A stretch of 64,000 bases of DNA. Origin: an uncultured Collinsella sp. GTDB lineage: Bacteria > Actinomycetota > Coriobacteriia > Coriobacteriales > Coriobacteriaceae. Shown here in pieces: positions 18,794 through 26,857 of this stretch (positions within the stretch are counted from its first letter, which is position 1; each line of letters starts with the position of its first letter). The position numbers and the translations under genes are program-made. The stretch covers positions 10,498 to 74,497 of the forward strand of contig CABSNK010000012.1 of assembly GCA_902479075.1 (NCBI GenBank), read 5' to 3'. The notes under the pieces are model-generated. The model saw nothing but the letters and a program-made list of their open reading frames with translations. It ran no database searches and was not told the origin of the DNA.

Positions 18794-18823
18794 AAAAAAA
18801 GGGGACGTGGAATCCACGTCCCC
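18794..18823 (-). terminator. Rho-independent terminator after jag
   Basis: GGGGACGTGG-AAT-CCACGTCCCC, followed on the minus strand by TTTTTTT. Confidence 0.85.
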
Positions 18824-18843
18824 TTAGCATAAGTACGAGTAGA

Positions 18844-19413
18844 TTATCGAGCAACAATTACCACATGGCGATCAGGGTCAGAGCCCTCGGAGTGAGTATC
18901 GACTGCATCATTACCACGAAGCGCAATATGAACCAGTCGACGCTCATAGGCATTCATAGGCGGAAGCGACACACTCTTATGAGTACGGATAGCGCGCTCG
19001 GCAGCAGACTGAGCCATAGCGGCGACCTTGTCCTGACGGCGACTCTTATAACCCTCGACATCGACGACAACCGGATACCTAAAGCCGAGCTTACGACTTA
19101 CCAGCAGAGAGAACATAACCTGAAGGGCATCAAGCGTGCGTCCATGACGACCAATGAGAACAGCAAGATCAGGAGCAGTTACATCCAGAATCAACTCGCC
19201 CTCGTCGCCTTCATACTCATCGATAGGAGAGTTGGCGGCATCGAAGTGCGAAAGGATGGAACGCAGAATGGAAATCGCAACATCGGCAATGGTGTCGAGC
19301 TCCTCATCGGTCAGCTCTTCACCAGCCTTGTAGCGCTGTGCAATCTCGGGATAATCGCCCGCGACCTGCGGGGCAACCTCCTCAAGCATATCCTCGATGA
19401 TCTCTTCAGACAT
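18844..19413 (-). CDS. jag: Jag/KhpB RNA-binding protein (KH + R3H)
   Basis: ERRLVHIALRGNDAVDTHSEGSDPDRHVVI (R3H). ATG at MSEEII with GGAG 8 nt upstream. Confidence 0.88.
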   Translation of the reverse strand: MSEEIIEDMLEEVAPQVAGDYPEIAQRYKAGEELTDEELDTIADVAISILRSILSHFDAANSPIDEYEGDEGELILDVTAPDLAVLIGRHGRTLDALQVMFSLLVSRKLGFRYPVVVDVEGYKSRRQDKVAAMAQSAAERAIRTHKSVSLPPMNAYERRLVHIALRGNDAVDTHSEGSDPDRHVVIVAR

Positions 19414-19458
19414 AACGAACTCCAAAAGTTAGGTACCTAAATAAGATTGATATCCCGA

Positions 19459-20229
19459 CTACTTCTTCTTGTGCGGGCGAGGTTTCTTCTCTCGACGGGT
19501 AACCTCGACCTGCAGCGGAGCGTTCTTGAGGCGCTCCTCCTCATCGGCCTTGGCCTTCTCGATAACCTTCTGCGTCACGAAGATCTGCTGGATAACCTGC
19601 CAGGCAGAAGACACATCGTAGTACAGCAGAACACCGACGGGCAGGCTCCAACCCATCCAAAGCATCATGACGGTCATGACAACGGCCATCATACGCATGC
19701 TCTGGGCCTGCTGGCCAGTCTGATTGCGCGACATATAAAGCTGCGGAATCAAGGTGAGAACGGCAAACAGAATCAGGCAAACCAGCGCAGGCAGCGCAAC
19801 CATAAAGCCACCGGCAAAGGAAGCGCTCGGCGTGGTGGTAAGGTCGGGCAGGATGTTGAAGAACGAGAACTTGCCGTCGTTAAAGTAATTCGGAAGGTTG
19901 CGCAGCAGCGTAAACAGGGCGAACAGGACGGGCATCTGGATCAACAGCGGCAGACAACCAGCCATGGGGTTGAACTTGTTCTCGCTGTAGAACTTCTGCA
20001 TCTCCTCGGCCTGACGCTGGGGATCGTCGGCATAGCGCTCCTGGATCTCAAGCATCTTAGGCTGCAGCACCTGCATGCGAGCCGTCGACTTGGTCGACTT
20101 GAGCATAAGCGGCGTCAGCAGCAGACGGATGATGACCACCAGGATGATGATGGACAGGCCCCAGTCGACCGCAAAGGTCTGGATGAGCTTGAGCAGCTCA
20201 AAAAGGATGTTAACGATCCAATCCCACAT
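19459..20229 (-). CDS. yidC: Membrane protein insertase YidC
   Basis: GLSIIILVVIIRLLLTPL...KFNPMAGCLPLLIQMPVLFALF. Basic C-terminal tail. Confidence 0.92.
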   Translation of the reverse strand: MWDWIVNILFELLKLIQTFAVDWGLSIIILVVIIRLLLTPLMLKSTKSTARMQVLQPKMLEIQERYADDPQRQAEEMQKFYSENKFNPMAGCLPLLIQMPVLFALFTLLRNLPNYFNDGKFSFFNILPDLTTTPSASFAGGFMVALPALVCLILFAVLTLIPQLYMSRNQTGQQAQSMRMMAVVMTVMMLWMGWSLPVGVLLYYDVSSAWQVIQQIFVTQKVIEKAKADEEERLKNAPLQVEVTRREKKPRPHKKK

Positions 20230-20258
20230 GTAAGTTTTCCTCCGATAGCGAGTGCCCG

Positions 20259-20483
20259 CTAGGGCACAGGGTCATAACCGCCGACGTGCAGGGGATTGCA
20301 GCGAGCGATGCGCCTCACGGCAAGCCAGCAGCCTCTCAAAACACCGTACTTCTCAATCGCCTGGATGGCGTATTGCGAGCACGTTGGATAATAAATGCAG
20401 GCGTCAGGCAATAAGGGCGAAATAACCTGTTGATATATGCGAATAGGAGCGATGGCAACACGTCGCAAAACGTGATTGCTCAT
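20259..20483 (-). CDS. yidD: Membrane protein insertion efficiency factor YidD
   Basis: IRIYQQVISPLLPDACIYYPTCSQYAIQAIEKYG...CNPLHVGGYDPVP. Confidence 0.9.
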   Translation of the reverse strand: MSNHVLRRVAIAPIRIYQQVISPLLPDACIYYPTCSQYAIQAIEKYGVLRGCWLAVRRIARCNPLHVGGYDPVP

Positions 20484-20818
20484 CGCTCCTCCCCGGCAAC
20501 GCCGGCGCGCTTCATAAGCGAACGCAACGCCTTGTCCATCTCCTGCGGCGAGGAAACCCTCGTCTTGGGAGTTGCAAACAAGATGATGTCATAACCCGCA
20601 ACGGGAAATCCGCAGCTGCGGGCGGCCTCGCGCATCACACGCTTAGACCGGTTGCGCACGACGGCACAACCGAGTCGCTTAGCACCAACGAAGGCGACCC
20701 TTCCGGAGTCGCCTTCGCCAACCGATTCACATATGGTCATTCGAATCAGAGGGTGATTGAAACGACGCCCCCGACTGAACACATGCTCGAAATCTTGCCG
20801 AGACTTAATAGTCTTCAT
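20480..20818 (-). CDS. rnpA: RNase P protein component
   Basis: Position between rpmH and yidD. Basic protein with KRLGCAVVRNRSKRVMREA. Confidence 0.88.
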   Translation of the reverse strand: MKTIKSRQDFEHVFSRGRRFNHPLIRMTICESVGEGDSGRVAFVGAKRLGCAVVRNRSKRVMREAARSCGFPVAGYDIILFATPKTRVSSPQEMDKALRSLMKRAGVAGEER

Positions 20819-20838
20819 GCGAGATGTGTGTATCGCTG

Positions 20839-20973
20839 CTAGACAGTGAGACGCTTGCGGCCCTTGGCGCGACGACGGGCGAGCACGGCACGACCACCCT
20901 TAGTGGCCATACGGGCACGGAAGCCATGGGTCTTGGCACGCTTACGCTTATTAGGCTGATACGTACGCTTCAT
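20839..20973 (-). CDS. rpmH: 50S ribosomal protein L34
   Basis: [53 protein letters not shown]. The ORF-track start 21033 is too long. Confidence 0.95.
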   Translation of the reverse strand: MKRTYQPNKRKRAKTHGFRARMATKGGRAVLARRRAKGRKRLTV

Positions 20974-21149
20974 CTTAAGTTCCTCCTGCTGCATTTCGAG
21001 TGTCCGCGGGGACGCGGACGCAGATATAGACACGTGAGCTTGAAGATTGTAGGGAAATCAATGTTCAAATGTCAAGAAATCAAAGGTAAAAGGTTGCAGA
21101 GTGTACACGGTTCCCCCATAAGCCCGTGAGCTCTCGGGGCCGACGAAAC

Positions 21150-21300
21150 ACTTTTCACGATATTTCATCGAGTTTTCAACAGGTCATGTTGGCAATGTTG
21201 AGAACTTTTCGCCTGATTTCCAAAGTTTTCAACAGGTTTTGAAAAGTTGTCGAAAGATGAGAAACATTGCGCGCTGAGCTACTATTTGTTCGAAACCTTT
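21150..21300. promoter_or_regulatory. DnaA-box-like cluster / promoter region upstream of the GHKL gene and dnaA
   Basis: TTTTCAACA at 21173-21181 and 21226-21234. TGTTGAGAA (rc TTCTCAACA) at 21196-21204. TTGTCGAAA at 21247-21255. TTTTCACGA at 21152-21160. Each has 1-3 mismatches to TTATCCACA. Confidence 0.55.
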
Positions 21301-21318
21301 TGAACGATTGCGAGCAGC

Positions 21319-22671
21319 ATGTCAGACGACTTCTACACCATGGTCGACTCGGGAGACCCGGCACCCGATAACGAGCACATCACCGGTGTGCGCGAAGAGC
21401 GGGTCGCGAGCGACGACGCAGCAAAAAAAGCACCGAGCGCCATGTATGCGGCGCGCATCGCCGTCTACGACGACATGCTGTCGACGCCGCGCGTGATCGT
21501 TATCGAGCCGCAAGACGTCCGTACCTATCTGGAAGAGACGACCAACACCGTCTATCAGTGCATGAAGGAACAGGGCGGTCATATCTCGCTCATGGTGATT
21601 CGCGAGATTGTGGAAAACTTCATCCACGCGCACTTCGCGGAGCCCATCATCTCCATCCTCGATGGGGGCGACACCATTCGCTTTGCCGACCAGGGGCCGG
21701 GCATCGACGACAAGGAGCGCGCCTTCGACTTTGGCGTAACCAGCGCAAATAGCAGCATGAAACGATATATCCGCGGCACTGGAGCCGGTTTCCCCATGGT
21801 GCAGGAGTACCTGGAAAACGCCGGCGGCGCGGTATCGATCGAGGACAATATGGGCAACGGCACCGTCGTGACCGTAAGCCTCAACCCCAAACGCGTGCAG
21901 GAGATCGAGCGCGCCGGTGGACGCGGGGCCGCCGTACGCCCCGAAACGGAGCAGCCGGCATATCCCCAGCCCAGCACCTTTGCGCAGCAGCCGATGGCGA
22001 CGCAACAGATGCAACAGCCTGCAGCATACATGCAGCAGCTGGGAACGTTTCCCACGCAGGAAACCATGGAGCCGTCGGCCCCGATGATGCAAAACATGCC
22101 ACAGGCAATGCCGGCGGCAGACCAGGACCCGACTATCGTGCAGCAAACAGCGGGGACGCCGAACATCCAGCAAATGGGTTATCAACCGTACCCCCAGGGG
22201 TATCCCACCCAGTACATGCCACAACAGGGGTACGCCCAACCGTTTCCGCAGCAGTACCCGCAGGGATATCAACAGCCATACCAGCAGATGCCCCAGACAC
22301 AGTACAGTCCTTGGCCCCAGCAGATGCCGCAACAGCCTTACCAACAGTGGCCGCAAAGTTTTCAACAGCAGATGCCGCCGATGCAGAGTTCTCAACAACC
22401 GGCAGCTCAAATGATGTATCCTAATGCGGCTCAACAGTATTCACAGCCGCCGGCGAACACATACGTAAGCGAACGTGGAAAGAAAGCGCTGGGCTATCTA
22501 GCTCAAAACGAAACATGCGGAGCCACCGACTTGGCACGGGCCCTTGGAAGCTCGGCCCCCACGTGGTCACGCACGCTCAACGACCTGGCGCAAGTTGGTT
22601 TGGTGATCAAGCTCGGCCAGAAATACCATCTGACCGAGCTTGGCAGAGACCGCGTGCAGACGCAGGGTTAA
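21319..22671 (+). CDS. GHKL (HATPase_c-like) ATPase domain + Q/P-rich low-complexity linker + C-terminal winged-helix protein, uncharacterised
   Basis: N box REIVENFIHAH. G1 DQGPGID. G2 GTGAGFPMV..GNGTVVTVSL. About 170 aa of Q/P/Y/M-rich sequence. C-terminal CGATDLARALGSSAPTWSRTLNDLAQVGLVIKLGQKYHLTELG. The stop lies 15 nt before the dnaA start. Confidence 0.75.
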   Translation: MSDDFYTMVDSGDPAPDNEHITGVREERVASDDAAKKAPSAMYAARIAVYDDMLSTPRVIVIEPQDVRTYLEETTNTVYQCMKEQGGHISLMVIREIVENFIHAHFAEPIISILDGGDTIRFADQGPGIDDKERAFDFGVTSANSSMKRYIRGTGAGFPMVQEYLENAGGAVSIEDNMGNGTVVTVSLNPKRVQEIERAGGRGAAVRPETEQPAYPQPSTFAQQPMATQQMQQPAAYMQQLGTFPTQETMEPSAPMMQNMPQAMPAADQDPTIVQQTAGTPNIQQMGYQPYPQGYPTQYMPQQGYAQPFPQQYPQGYQQPYQQMPQTQYSPWPQQMPQQPYQQWPQSFQQQMPPMQSSQQPAAQMMYPNAAQQYSQPPANTYVSERGKKALGYLAQNETCGATDLARALGSSAPTWSRTLNDLAQVGLVIKLGQKYHLTELGRDRVQTQG

Positions 22672-22686
22672 GGAACGGGAGAGACA

Positions 22687-24399
22687 GTGGACGAGGAAGC
22701 AAGCATCATCCTGGGAGACGCCATCGCCTTTTGCCAGCGCGACGGCCAAGATGCGCGCCTCATCAACATGCTGGGGCAATCGCGCGCCGTCAGCCTCACC
22801 GAGGACACCTTGACGATTGAGGCCCCCTCACGGTTTGCCATCGCCCAGCTCAAAAAGCACCAGCCGACCATCGAGGCGTACCTGGAAGAAATCGCTTTTG
22901 CGCCGATCGCGCTCAACATCGTGGCACCCCAAGGCGCCGCGGCAGATAGCGCCGCGTCTGCGGCACCCGTCGTCCCCCCGACGGCGCCCGTGGCAGCCGC
23001 AACGTCGGCTCCCGAACACCAAATCGGCGATGTTTCCCGTGAAACCATGTCTGCCGCACCGACGGCAACGGCTCCCACGCCCCCTGCCACACACATGCCT
23101 ATCGCGCACGACGCAACACCGGGCGAGAATTCGGGCATCGCAATCAAAAATACGCTTTCGGCCGATGATTTCCGCCGCATGATGAATCAGATGAAAGGCG
23201 GCACGCCAGCAAAGAGCGAGCCCCGTGCCACGGCATCGGTCGTGGCAGCCCCGGCATCCGCGGCCGCGGCACCGATCGAGCAGAACACCGATGGCGCGCC
23301 CCTCGCGGCCAACTCAAAATTCACCTTCGAAAACTTTGTCTACGGCCCCGAAAACAGCCACGCCTATCGCTCGGCGCTTAAGTTCGCCGCGCTCGCAGAC
23401 GAACGCGGTACGTGCACGTCCCTGTTCATCTATGGCAAATCGGGCTTGGGCAAGACTCACCTGTTGCTCGCAATAAAAAACGAGCTTGCCGAGAAGTCAC
23501 CCGAGATCAAGGTTAAGTATGCCAACTCGCAGGCATACCTCGATGACTTGATGACGGAGTTCGACCGCCAAAAGAAGAGCAATGCCCCCATCATGCAGGC
23601 ATACCACGGTGTTGACGTGCTCATCATCGACGACATCCAGAACATCATCGGCAAGCGCGCAAGCGTGGACTATTTCTTCCAACTGATGGATGAGTTTATC
23701 CGCAACAATAAAAAAGTCGTGATCGCCGCCGACCGCGCCCCCAAAGACCTAAACATGGACGAGCGTCTGACCAGTCGCTTTAACGCCGGCATGCTCTGTT
23801 TGGTGGCAGAGCCGAGCTATGAGATGAAATACAAGATTTTGCAGCGCTACTACGAAAACACGATCGCGGTATCGCCCGACGCGGACGACGATTCGCTGTT
23901 GGCGGCCTACGGCAGCGACTGCGGTCACTTGACCGACGAGCATTTTAAGCACATGGCCGAGGTCTCGGGCACCAACATCCGCGAGCTCGAGAGCTTTTGC
24001 GAGCGCTGCGCCGGCGAGGCGGGAGACCGCGAGCGCGAGGGCGGGGAGCTCACCTTTGACGACATCGACACCATCGCGAGCCAATACTTCGACACCTCGG
24101 CGAAAAAGATCAACGTGCAGACGGTTCAATCCGTCATCGAGGAGCAGTACGGGGTGACGCATGAGGAACTCATAGGCCCACGCCGCAACGCCAACATTGC
24201 CAAAGCACGTCATATCGCTATCTATCTGGCGATTGAGATGTGCGAGATGACGACCACGGCCGTGGGTGCCGAATTTGGCAACCGTAACCACTCGACCGTC
24301 AGCACGAGCTATAAAAAGGTTCAGAAGATGATCCAAGAAGACCGCACCGTAACCGAGGACCTCAAATCGCTGCGAGACAAAATCACCCTACGCTCGTAG
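22687..24399 (+). CDS. dnaA: Chromosomal replication initiator DnaA (long A/P-rich domain II)
   Basis: FENFVYGPENSHAY, LFIYGKSGLGKTHLL, IDDIQ, C-terminal HTH RHIAIYLAIEM..HSTV. GTG start. Confidence 0.95.
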   Translation: MDEEASIILGDAIAFCQRDGQDARLINMLGQSRAVSLTEDTLTIEAPSRFAIAQLKKHQPTIEAYLEEIAFAPIALNIVAPQGAAADSAASAAPVVPPTAPVAAATSAPEHQIGDVSRETMSAAPTATAPTPPATHMPIAHDATPGENSGIAIKNTLSADDFRRMMNQMKGGTPAKSEPRATASVVAAPASAAAAPIEQNTDGAPLAANSKFTFENFVYGPENSHAYRSALKFAALADERGTCTSLFIYGKSGLGKTHLLLAIKNELAEKSPEIKVKYANSQAYLDDLMTEFDRQKKSNAPIMQAYHGVDVLIIDDIQNIIGKRASVDYFFQLMDEFIRNNKKVVIAADRAPKDLNMDERLTSRFNAGMLCLVAEPSYEMKYKILQRYYENTIAVSPDADDDSLLAAYGSDCGHLTDEHFKHMAEVSGTNIRELESFCERCAGEAGDREREGGELTFDDIDTIASQYFDTSAKKINVQTVQSVIEEQYGVTHEELIGPRRNANIAKARHIAIYLAIEMCEMTTTAVGAEFGNRNHSTVSTSYKKVQKMIQEDRTVTEDLKSLRDKITLRS

Positions 24400-24637
24400 G
24401 AAAATAACCACACCTGTTGATAACTTGTCGAAACCCCGGGCATAAGATGTCTAAAACCAACCGCCCGGTGACGAAAAGTTTTCAGCAGGTTTTGAACGTT
24501 GAAAACGAGGTCGGTTGTACACAGGTTTCTGTCGAATCTCCTTTTAGGTCTGACCAGCGCTTTTGCGAGTATTCGACAGTTTCGTCAGTGTTATTACTAT
24601 TATTAAGATATTTATATCTATAGAAAGGTATTAAAAG
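24400..24637. other. Candidate oriC core: DnaA boxes, triplet (DnaA-trio-like) array and AT-rich unwinding element
   Basis: TGTTGATAA (rc TTATCAACA) 24415-24423. TTGTCGAAA 24425-24433. TTTTCAGCA 24479-24487. TTGTACACA 24515-24523. Inverted CTGTCGAAT pair at 24529-24537 / 24571-24579. TTATTACTATTATTA at 24591-24605. AT-rich run to 24636. Confidence 0.65.
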
Positions 24638-25741
24638 ATGAAGTTCACCGTCAGCCAAAGCTCGCTTACGCAAGCCATCGGCGTCGTCATGAAGGGCGTC
24701 GCTTCGGCATCTACCCTCCCTATCCTGTCGGGTGTGCTCGTCAAGGCGCAAGACGGTATCTTGGAATTTCAGACCTCAAACTACACCATCTCGATTCGCC
24801 ACCGTATCGCCGCCCATGTCGAGGAGGAGGGCGAGATGGTTATTCCCTGCAAGATGCTCTCCAACATCACCAAGACCTTGCCCGACGCTCCGGTCACCTT
24901 TGAGCTCTCCGAGCGCCAGGTGTTGATCGGTTGCGAAAAGAGCTCGTTCCGCCTTAACACGCTCGACGCCAACGACTTTCCGGAGTTTCCGGCCTATGCC
25001 ATCGAGAGTGCCGTCGAGTTGCCGACCGACATCCTGTCCGAGATGGTCGGCCGCGTGTGGCGCGTCACCTCGACCGATAAAGCTCGCCCCATCCTGGGCG
25101 GCGTGCACATGAAGGTCGAGAACAACACCGTGCGCCTGGTGGCGACCGACTCCTTCCGCTTGGCCGTGTGCGACACACAGGTCGAGACCTCGACACTCGA
25201 GGGCTCGTTTGAGCTCAACGTCCCGGCCGATGCCTTTAACGACGCGCTCAGCATTATGGCGAGCCAAGCCACCATCATGATCGGCGCCACCGACACCCAG
25301 GTCGTCTTTGAGGCCGGCAACACCACCTATGTGTCGCGTCGTATCGAGGGCACGTACCCCAACTACAAGCAGCTCATCCCCGATTCGTGCGTGACGAGCG
25401 TCAAGATCGATGTGGCGGCCTTCAACGCCGCCCTGAAGCGCGTTGCCGTTATCGCCAGCGCCAACCCCGCCGTCAAATTCGAGATCGATGTCGAGAACGG
25501 CCAGATGGGCCTGTCCTCCATCTCCAACGACCAGGATCTGGCGCAGGAGACCATTGACGTCGAGGCCGAGGGCGAGTCGGGCACCATCGCCTTCAACTAC
25601 CACTACATCTTCGGCTGTCTCAATGCCCTGTCCAAGGAGAAAGAGATCACGCTGGAGCTCAAGAGCTACTCGCAGGCGGGCATCTTTAAGTCCTACGACA
25701 AGATCAACTACCTGTACCTGGTCATGCCGGTGCGCATCTAG
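24638..25741 (+). CDS. dnaN: DNA polymerase III beta sliding clamp
   Basis: MKFTVSQSSLTQAIGVVMKGV..., three-domain length, position after dnaA. Confidence 0.93.
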   Translation: MKFTVSQSSLTQAIGVVMKGVASASTLPILSGVLVKAQDGILEFQTSNYTISIRHRIAAHVEEEGEMVIPCKMLSNITKTLPDAPVTFELSERQVLIGCEKSSFRLNTLDANDFPEFPAYAIESAVELPTDILSEMVGRVWRVTSTDKARPILGGVHMKVENNTVRLVATDSFRLAVCDTQVETSTLEGSFELNVPADAFNDALSIMASQATIMIGATDTQVVFEAGNTTYVSRRIEGTYPNYKQLIPDSCVTSVKIDVAAFNAALKRVAVIASANPAVKFEIDVENGQMGLSSISNDQDLAQETIDVEAEGESGTIAFNYHYIFGCLNALSKEKEITLELKSYSQAGIFKSYDKINYLYLVMPVRI

Positions 25742-25750
25742 CGTCTATCG

Positions 25751-26857
25751 ATGGCTATGTTCGCCCACGAGCTTTCCGTCGCGCACTACCGCAGCTTCGA
25801 CCGTTATCGTCTGACCCTGAGCGGCGGCGTGACGGTGCTCGCGGGACCCAACGCGGCGGGGAAGACCAACCTCATAGAGGCGCTGCAGCTGCTGACGAGC
25901 GGCACCTCGTTTAGGCATCCGACCGCTGCCGAGCTCGTGCGCGACGGCGTGGGCTCGTGCAAGGTCGAGCTGAGGCTCGAGGGCGATGGACGCGTGCTGG
26001 ACATGGGGCTGTGCGTAGAGGACGGCAAGCGCTCGTTTAGCCGTAACGGCAAGCGGTGCGCGGCCGCCGGCGTGCGCGGTGTGCTGCCGAGCGTTCTGTT
26101 TTGCCCGGACCACCTGGATATGGTCAAGCGTGGCGCCAGCGTCCGCCGCGCCGCGCTCGACGACTTTGGCGTGCAGCTGAGTGCACGCTACGCCGACCTT
26201 TCGAGCACCTATGGCCGCTGCGTGACGCAGCGCAACGCCCTGCTCAAGGAGAGCTGGTGCTGCCGCGAGATGCTTGGCGCCTGGAATGAATCGCTTGCCC
26301 GTGCGGGCTCGGCACTGCTCGTGCATCGTTTGGCCCTGGTCGACCGACTGGCGGGCCATGTGCGCGATGCTTACGGACAAGTGGCGTCCGGCGAGCCCGC
26401 GGACGTGTCCTACGTGTCCACGCTGGGGGATTTGCCCCAGACCGAGGACCGAGAAGAGCTGAAGGGCTGGGCGTACGAGCGCATGTTGGCGACGCTCGAC
26501 GAGCGCGCCGACGAGGAGATGCGCCGCGGCGTGACGCTTGTGGGGCCGCATCGCGACGAGATCGAGTTTTCCGTTGCAGGGCGGTCTGCCCGTTCATTTG
26601 CCAGCCAGGGGCAGCAGCGTACGCTGGTGCTGGCCTGGAAGGTGGCGGAGGTGGCCGTTGCCCGCGGCATTTTGGGCACTGCACCGCTGCTGCTGTTGGA
26701 TGACGTGATGAGCGAGCTCGACGCCGGGCGCCGAGACGCTTTTCTGCAGTTGATCGGCGATGATATCCAGACGGTCATAACCACCACCAATCTGGGGTAC
26801 TTTACCGATGACCTGCTTGATCGAGCCAAGGTGGTGAGCATGGGTGAGGCGTGCTAA
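25751..26857 (+). CDS. recF: DNA replication and repair protein RecF
   Basis: LAGPNAAGKTNLIEAL Walker A, SQGQQRTLVLAWK signature, LLLDDVMSELD. Confidence 0.93.
   Translation: MAMFAHELSVAHYRSFDRYRLTLSGGVTVLAGPNAAGKTNLIEALQLLTSGTSFRHPTAAELVRDGVGSCKVELRLEGDGRVLDMGLCVEDGKRSFSRNGKRCAAAGVRGVLPSVLFCPDHLDMVKRGASVRRAALDDFGVQLSARYADLSSTYGRCVTQRNALLKESWCCREMLGAWNESLARAGSALLVHRLALVDRLAGHVRDAYGQVASGEPADVSYVSTLGDLPQTEDREELKGWAYERMLATLDERADEEMRRGVTLVGPHRDEIEFSVAGRSARSFASQGQQRTLVLAWKVAEVAVARGILGTAPLLLLDDVMSELDAGRRDAFLQLIGDDIQTVITTTNLGYFTDDLLDRAKVVSMGEAC

Noticed and set aside
15933-19440. The KpnI-containing palindromes as evidence of an engineered cassette
   Set aside because: No vector, marker or scar sequences are present. 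The genes are the native order expected at an origin, with overlapping and coupled starts. A natural origin is more parsimonious.
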